Positions 58,266-64,000 of a stretch of DNA of 64,000 bases are shown one piece after another; the first letter of the stretch is position 1, and each line of letters opens with the position of its first letter. The stretch spans positions 320,001 through 384,000 of the forward strand of contig CAVXGR010000015.1 in NCBI GenBank assembly GCA_963761335.1, in the 5' to 3' direction. The notes under the pieces were generated by a model. That model had not been told where the DNA came from, searched no databases, and was given only the letters and a program-made list of their open reading frames with translations. A program made the position numbers and the translations under genes. Origin of the DNA: an uncultured delta proteobacterium (GTDB lineage: Bacteria; Desulfobacterota; Binatia; HRBIN30; BPIQ01).

Positions 58266-61001
58266 ATGGCGACCACCACCTATGAAGATGGAGAGAAGTC
58301 GCAATTGACCGAGGGCGAGGGGCGCACACTCGCCGAGACCTTGCTCGCCGGAGAGAATCGACTCCTCGAGATGATCGCGCGGGGCAACTCGCTGGATCTG
58401 AGTCTCGATCGTCTGTGCCGCCTGGTCGAAGAGGTCTCCCCGGGTGCCCTGACAACCGTTCTCCTCCTGGATCCGAACGAGAACCGCCTCTGGCACCGGG
58501 CCGCGCCCAGTCTTTCCAGGCGCTACACCGACGCCCTCGATGGAGTCGTCATCGGCCCCTGCGTCGGTTCGTGCGGGACCGCGGCCTACCGCAACGAGCC
58601 GGTGATCACATCCGACCTCGCCGCGGATCCGCTCTGGGCCGACTACCGCCATCTGCCCCTCGCCCACGGGCTGCAGGCCTGTTGGTCCATGCCGATCCGA
58701 TCCTCGGACGGCAGGGTGCTGGGGACCTTCGCGATATACTTTCGCGAGCCGTGCAGTCCGACGCCGGAGCATCGCGACCTGATCGAGCAGATCGCGTATC
58801 TCGCCAGCATCGCGATCGAGCGCACTCGCACCGAGGCAGCGCTGCGGGAAAGCGAAGAGCGCTTCCGCTGCATGGCGGACAGCGTCCCCGAGGTCATATG
58901 GATCACGCAGCTGCAGCCGGAGCGGGCTCTGTACACCAGCCCGAGCTTCGAACGCATCTGGGGCCGCCCGGTCGCGGATCTCTACCGCGACCCGCGCCTG
59001 TGGACGCAGGCGATTCACCCGGACGACCGCGTCCGCGTCGAGAACACCTTCAATCAATGGGTCGCCGGCGAGGGCATCGACTACCGCGACATGGAGTTCC
59101 GCATCGTCCGGCCGGATGGCGCGATACGGTGGATTCGCCAGAACGGCGTGCTCAGCCTCGGCGCGCGCGGGAAGCCCTCGCGGGTCAGCGGTATTTCGAC
59201 GGACATCACCGAGCCAAAGCGGGCTGCGGATGCCCTGCGGCGCAGCGAGGCCTATTTGACCGAAGCGCAGCAGCTCAGCCGAACCGGCAGCTTCGGTTGG
59301 TGTCTGTCGAGCGGAGAAATCTTGTGGTCGGACGAGACGTTTCGCGTCTTCGAATACGACCGCACGGTGGCGCCTTCCGTCGCCTTGATCCTCGAACGAA
59401 CCCATCCGGAAGACAGGGATTTCGTCCGCTGGACGATTGACCGTGCACTCCGCGACGGGACGGGCTTCGAGATCGAGCATCGCCTGCAAATGCCCGACGG
59501 ATCGATCAAGCACGTCCACGTGGTGGCGCGCGCCGTCAAGAGCGAGTGGGCCGAGCGCGAGCTCGTCGGCGCGGTTTCGGATGTCACCGCCGCGAGAGAA
59601 GCCGCGGATCGAATCCGGCAAAACGAGAGGGAATTTCGCCAGATCGTCGAGGCCATCCCCGCGTTCATTCTCGTCTTGTCCCCGGATGGGAGTCCGCTCT
59701 ACGCAAACCAGGAGCTGCTCGAATACACGTCTCTCACTCTGGAAGACGTTCAATCCCATGGCTTTCGCGAGCGCATCTTTCATCCCGAGGATCTGGAACG
59801 GCTGCGAGATGAACGGCGGGAGGCCCTGTCTCGGGGGGCTCCGTTTGTTCTGGAGCAACGAATGCTCCGCAACGACGGGCAGTATCGGTGGTTTCTGATT
59901 CGTCTCAACCCGGTGCGGAACGAGGGGGGGCAGATCATTCGCTGGTACGCCACGGGAACCGACATCGACGATCGGAAGCGGGCGGAGCAGAGGGTCCAGC
60001 AGGAGAACATGGCGCTGCGGGAGGAGGTCGACAAGACGTCCATGTTCGAGGAGATCGTCGGTGCCTCTCCTCTGCTGCAAGCAGTCCTCTCTCGCGTCTC
60101 CAAGGTGGCGCCGACGGATTCGACGGTGCTCATCACGGGAGAGACGGGTACGGGAAAGGAGCTGATCGCGCGGGCCATCCACAAACGGTCGACGCGTTCG
60201 ACCCGCGCCTTTGTGAGCGTGAATTGCGCCGCGATCCCGCTGTCCCTGATCGCCTCGGAATTGTTCGGTCACGAGAAGGGCGCCTTCACCGGGGCGCTGC
60301 AGCGGCGGCTGGGCCGCTTCGAGCTCGCGGACGGCGGCACGATCTTCCTGGACGAGGTCGGAGAGCTCCCCTCCGAGACGCAGCTGGCGCTGTTGCGGGT
60401 CCTCCAGGAACGCGAGTTCGAACGGGTCGGGGGGACCCGGCCGATTCGTACCGACGTGCGGGTGATTGCGGCCACCAATCGCGACCTGCAGGCCGCCATC
60501 GCTGCCGGCGCCTTCCGCAGCGATCTGCTCTACCGGCTCAACGTCTTTCCCATCCAGATTCCCTCGCTGCGCGAGCGCAGAGACGATATCCCCATGCTCG
60601 TGGAGTACTTCATCGGTCGCTATGCGAGGAAAGCCGGCAAGAAAATCTCCGGCATCAATAGGAAAACCCTCGGTCTGCTTCAATCGTACCCCTGGCCCGG
60701 CAACATTCGAGAATTGCAGAATGTGATCGAGCGGTCGGTCATTCTCTGCGAAACCGAGAATTTCTCGGTGGACGAGAGTTGGCTCTCAGGCCAGTGTTCT
60801 CCGCCTTCACCGGCGAGCCGGGCTCTCAGCGACAGAATCACCGGCAACCAAAAGGCTCTCATCGAAGCGGCTCTGGCGGAAGCGAAAGGCCGCGTATCGG
60901 GGCCTTGGGGTGCGGCCGCGAAGCTCGGCATTCCGCCGTCGACTCTGGATTCGAAGATCAAATCGCTGAAGATCGACAAGCAGCAGTTCAAACGCGTCTA
61001 G
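58266..61001 (+). CDS. Sigma-54 enhancer-binding protein (GAF, 3 PAS, AAA+, HTH; FhlA-like)
   Basis: GSCGTAAY GAF, three PAS/PAC domains, GETGTGKE, GAFTGA, WPGNIREL, C-terminal HTH. Confidence 0.95.
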   Translation: MATTTYEDGEKSQLTEGEGRTLAETLLAGENRLLEMIARGNSLDLSLDRLCRLVEEVSPGALTTVLLLDPNENRLWHRAAPSLSRRYTDALDGVVIGPCVGSCGTAAYRNEPVITSDLAADPLWADYRHLPLAHGLQACWSMPIRSSDGRVLGTFAIYFREPCSPTPEHRDLIEQIAYLASIAIERTRTEAALRESEERFRCMADSVPEVIWITQLQPERALYTSPSFERIWGRPVADLYRDPRLWTQAIHPDDRVRVENTFNQWVAGEGIDYRDMEFRIVRPDGAIRWIRQNGVLSLGARGKPSRVSGISTDITEPKRAADALRRSEAYLTEAQQLSRTGSFGWCLSSGEILWSDETFRVFEYDRTVAPSVALILERTHPEDRDFVRWTIDRALRDGTGFEIEHRLQMPDGSIKHVHVVARAVKSEWAERELVGAVSDVTAAREAADRIRQNEREFRQIVEAIPAFILVLSPDGSPLYANQELLEYTSLTLEDVQSHGFRERIFHPEDLERLRDERREALSRGAPFVLEQRMLRNDGQYRWFLIRLNPVRNEGGQIIRWYATGTDIDDRKRAEQRVQQENMALREEVDKTSMFEEIVGASPLLQAVLSRVSKVAPTDSTVLITGETGTGKELIARAIHKRSTRSTRAFVSVNCAAIPLSLIASELFGHEKGAFTGALQRRLGRFELADGGTIFLDEVGELPSETQLALLRVLQEREFERVGGTRPIRTDVRVIAATNRDLQAAIAAGAFRSDLLYRLNVFPIQIPSLRERRDDIPMLVEYFIGRYARKAGKKISGINRKTLGLLQSYPWPGNIRELQNVIERSVILCETENFSVDESWLSGQCSPPSPASRALSDRITGNQKALIEAALAEAKGRVSGPWGAAAKLGIPPSTLDSKIKSLKIDKQQFKRV

Positions 61002-61159
61002 ACCGGGCTGTCGCGATCGTCGCAGCGGCCGCGCCGCCGATCTGCAAATCACCCCTCCGCACTCACGGCGAATTCCCGAAATCTCCGAGAAATCGGGATT
61101 CCGTGATTTGCACGGTGGATCGAGCCATACGGCCGCCCCGCGTCTATTCGGGCGTGTCT

Positions 61160-61175
61160 TGGCACGAATGCGGCT
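61160..61175 (+). promoter_or_regulatory. Sigma-54 (-24/-12) promoter
   Basis: TGGCACGAATGCGGCT (GG-N10-GC) upstream of the 61406 operon. Confidence 0.6.
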
Positions 61176-61405
61176 TCTGCAATGAAACTCGAGAAGACAC
61201 TCGAGGCGGGAACCGCTCAATCGATCGGCCCGCTAAAGACTCTCGCTGTTGGCGCCGGCGCTGCTGCGGGCGCGTCTTCTTCTCAACGATTCCTGCTGGT
61301 TGCTGAACTGAAGGATCCGTCGCGGACAGTGCTCGGCCAGGCCGGGGCTTCGAGCGGCACGAAAATGAGAAGTGGCGAAACGGACAGGCCTCTGACAGGG
61401 CCATC

Positions 61406-62077
61406 ATGAGCAAAGAGCCCGTCTATCCCAGCGACGTGGCCCTGACCCCAGCGGTCAAAGCGGTCCAGACCCGCAAGGGCTCCCGCCGCGGCTATGCGAG
61501 CATGGAGCGTCGCGGCTCATGGGAGACCCGCATCACGCCCGATCTCGCCGAGTTCATCGAACGTCAGATCAGCGTCTTCCTCGGCACGGCCAACACGAGC
61601 GGCCAGCCCTATATTCAGCACCGCGGCGGGCCGCCTGGATTTCTCAAGCCGCTCGACGACCGGACCATCGGCTTCGCCGACTTCGCCGGCAACCGCCAAT
61701 ACATCACTCAGGGCAATCTCGCCGAGAACCCGAAGGCCATCCTCTTTCTGATCGACTACACCGCCCAGCAGCGCGTGAAGATCTGGGGCGAGGCGCGCGT
61801 CGTCGAGGATGATCCGGGTCTGATCGCCAAGCTGATGCCGGAGGGCTACCAGGCGCGGCCCGAGCAGGCGATCCTCTTGACCCTCTCGGCCTGGGACGCC
61901 AACTGCCCGCAACATATACCCCAGCGCTTCGAAGCCGCGGAGGTAACCGCGATGCTCGCCGAGCGCGACAAGCGCATCGGCGCCCTGCAAGCGGAGGTGG
62001 AGCGACTGCGTAGAGGCAGCTCGAGCGGGCAAAGTCAAAGTCTTCCAGAAGACAAAAAAGAAGGAGGCCATCGATGA
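61406..62077 (+). CDS. Pyridoxamine 5'-phosphate oxidase-like FMN-binding protein
   Basis: [35 protein letters not shown]. Confidence 0.88.
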   Translation: MSKEPVYPSDVALTPAVKAVQTRKGSRRGYASMERRGSWETRITPDLAEFIERQISVFLGTANTSGQPYIQHRGGPPGFLKPLDDRTIGFADFAGNRQYITQGNLAENPKAILFLIDYTAQQRVKIWGEARVVEDDPGLIAKLMPEGYQARPEQAILLTLSAWDANCPQHIPQRFEAAEVTAMLAERDKRIGALQAEVERLRRGSSSGQSQSLPEDKKEGGHR

Positions 62078-62898
62078 GCACGATCACGACGAAGGACGGT
62101 ACGCAAATCTATTACAAGGATTGGGGCACGGGGCAGCCCATCGTTTTCAGCCACGGCTGGCCGCTGTCTGCCGATGATTGGGACACGCACATGCTGTTCT
62201 TCCTCAAGCACGGCTATCGCGTCATCGCCCACGACCGGCGCGGCCATGGCCGCTCCACCCAGACCGGGGACGGCCATGACATGGATCACTACGCCGACGA
62301 CCTGGCGGCGCTCACCGCACATCTCGACCTCAAGGGAGCGGTGCATGTCGGCCACTCGACCGGCGGCGGCGAAGTGGTGCGCTACCTGGGACGCCACGGC
62401 GAAACCCGGGTCGCAAAAGCGGCGATCATCAGCGCCGTGCCGCCGCTCATGGTAAAGACGGCGGCCAATCCGGGCGGGCTGGCCAAGGAGGTGTTCGACG
62501 GGCTTCAGGCGCAGCTCGCCGCCAGCCGAGCCCAGTTCTATTACGATCTGCCGGCTGGACCGTTCTACGGTTACAACCGGCCTGGGGCGAAACCCTCTCA
62601 GGCGGTAATCTGGAACTGGTGGCGCCAGAGCATGATGGGAGGCGCCAAGGCGCATTATGACGGCGTCGTCGCCTTCTCCCAGACGGACTTCACCGAAGAC
62701 CTGAAGAAGATCACCGTGCCGGTTCTGGTGATGCATGGCGATGACGACCAGATCGTGCCTTATGCCGATTCGGCACCGCTGTCGGCAAAGTTACTGAAGA
62801 ATGGCACATTGAAGACCTACAAGGGCTTCCCGCACGGGATGCCTACTACGCAGGCGGAGACGATCGACACCGATCTGCTGGCATTCCTGAAGAGCTGA
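62074..62898 (+). CDS. Non-heme chloroperoxidase / perhydrolase (alpha/beta hydrolase)
   Basis: [33 protein letters not shown]. Confidence 0.92.
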   Translation: MSTITTKDGTQIYYKDWGTGQPIVFSHGWPLSADDWDTHMLFFLKHGYRVIAHDRRGHGRSTQTGDGHDMDHYADDLAALTAHLDLKGAVHVGHSTGGGEVVRYLGRHGETRVAKAAIISAVPPLMVKTAANPGGLAKEVFDGLQAQLAASRAQFYYDLPAGPFYGYNRPGAKPSQAVIWNWWRQSMMGGAKAHYDGVVAFSQTDFTEDLKKITVPVLVMHGDDDQIVPYADSAPLSAKLLKNGTLKTYKGFPHGMPTTQAETIDTDLLAFLKS

Positions 62899-62947
62899 TT
62901 GGCGAAGGCGTGATCGCACCGATGGCCGCACCGAGGAGGCGACCGCA

Positions 62948-63868
62948 ATGTTGGTGAATCCGAAGGCGTATCTGCTGCGGGCCAGACGCGAGGGCTGGGC
63001 GCTGGGAGGTTTCAACGTCTTCAATTTCGAATCGACGCGTGCCGTCGTCGACGCCGCCGAGGAAGCGGCGGCGCCGGTGCTGTTGCAGACGTCCGAGGGA
63101 GCGGTGAAACATGCCGGGCTCGACAACCTGGTGGCGATTGCACGCCAGTTGGTTGGCCGGACCGAGACACCGGTTGCGTTACATCTCGACCACGGCAAGA
63201 GCGAGGCGCTGGCGCGCGCCGCAGTCGATGCCGGCTACACCTCGGTGATGATCGACGCTTCGCGTGAATCCTTCGACGAGAACCTGCGCGAGACGCGCGA
63301 TATCGTCGAGTATGCACACCGGCGAGGCGTCCACGTCGAAGCCGAGCTCGGTACCCTGGGTGGCATCGAGGACCTGGGCGAACAGGCGGTGCGCTCGATG
63401 CTCACCGATCCCGATCAGGCCGCGCGCTTCGCGGCCGAGACCGAGGTCGACGCCCTGGCGATCGCCATCGGCACCTCACACGGCGCCTCCAAATTCAGCG
63501 GCCAGCCGCGGCTCGATTTCGCTCGACTGGAAGAGATCGCAAGGCGCATCCCGCAGCCGATCGTGCTGCATGGTGCTTCCTCGTTGGGCGCCGACGAGGT
63601 TCGCTTCGCCGAGCGCTACGGCGCCGTGCTGCCGCATGCGCAGGGCGTCCCACCCGAGCTCATCCGCAAGGCCGTGTCCCTCGGCGTTGCCAAGGTCAAC
63701 ACCGACTCGGACCTGCGTCTGGCGGCGCTCGGACGCCTTCGCCAAGTCCTCGTAGAACGCCCGGACATCTTCAACCTCTACGAGCTGATGGGCGAGGTCG
63801 AAGCGGCCATTCGCGATGCGGTGGCCGCGCGGATCAACGTGCTGGGAAGCCGCGGCAAGGCAAAGTGA
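62948..63868 (+). CDS. Class II fructose-bisphosphate aldolase
   Basis: LHLDHG, SVMIDAS, EAELG, AIGTSHG, VLHGAS, KVNTDS. Confidence 0.92.
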   Translation: MLVNPKAYLLRARREGWALGGFNVFNFESTRAVVDAAEEAAAPVLLQTSEGAVKHAGLDNLVAIARQLVGRTETPVALHLDHGKSEALARAAVDAGYTSVMIDASRESFDENLRETRDIVEYAHRRGVHVEAELGTLGGIEDLGEQAVRSMLTDPDQAARFAAETEVDALAIAIGTSHGASKFSGQPRLDFARLEEIARRIPQPIVLHGASSLGADEVRFAERYGAVLPHAQGVPPELIRKAVSLGVAKVNTDSDLRLAALGRLRQVLVERPDIFNLYELMGEVEAAIRDAVAARINVLGSRGKAK

Positions 63869-64000
63869 CCCGGAGAAGATCATGCGCTGCATCAAGCCCA
63901 GCAACACGGATGTAAACTACTGGCCGACACCGAACGGAAGCATGCGGGAGAGGGACGTTACGATGATCGGAGGTGAGTGGCGCCACCCCAGCCGGCGCCC

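Noticed and set aside
61182..61409. 75-aa ORF before the FMN-binding gene
   Set aside because: No SD or recognisable motif, and it starts almost at the predicted sigma-54 TSS; cannot be supported.
63942..64000. Possible start of an aldehyde-dehydrogenase-like gene (MRERDVTMIGGEW)
   Set aside because: Only 19 codons are visible; insufficient evidence.

Overview
High-GC bacterial chromosomal window. The gene repertoire suggests a Deltaproteobacteria-like lineage such as Candidatus Binatia (inference only). Positions 1-43.4 kb are mostly core and metabolic genes: three tandem FAD-dependent desaturase-like paralogues with a STAND/AAA-TPR regulator, ATP-grasp enzymes, a CocE hydrolase, apaG, an aldehyde dehydrogenase, two ferritin-like diiron proteins with a FadR regulator, ilvB, hrpB, glgP, an acyl-CoA synthetase, mtnA, a frameshifted pabB, pabC and the ffh-rpsP-khpA-rimM-trmD-rplS operon. 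Several REP/MITE repeat families sit between these genes. A tRNA-Ser(CGA) at 43464-43551 is the integration site of an 11.3-kb decayed island bounded by a 54-bp att duplication (54812-54865). The island is deeply nested: a truncated tyrosine integrase, two oriIS-like ends, an IS21 remnant, an ISCR/IS91-like HUH transposase, and inside that transposase an apparently intact 3360-bp large-serine-recombinase (LSR) element. The best lead is this LSR element. Joining its two ends in silico, as excision would, rebuilds a complete 102-aa DUF5372-like gene whose SD and ATG lie at one end, overlapping the recombinase stop, and whose body lies at the other end. That gene would be intact only in the circular form. 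To the right of the att duplication lie brnTA, an istB relic and a divergent sigma-54 module. All calls are by eye; no database searches were run.
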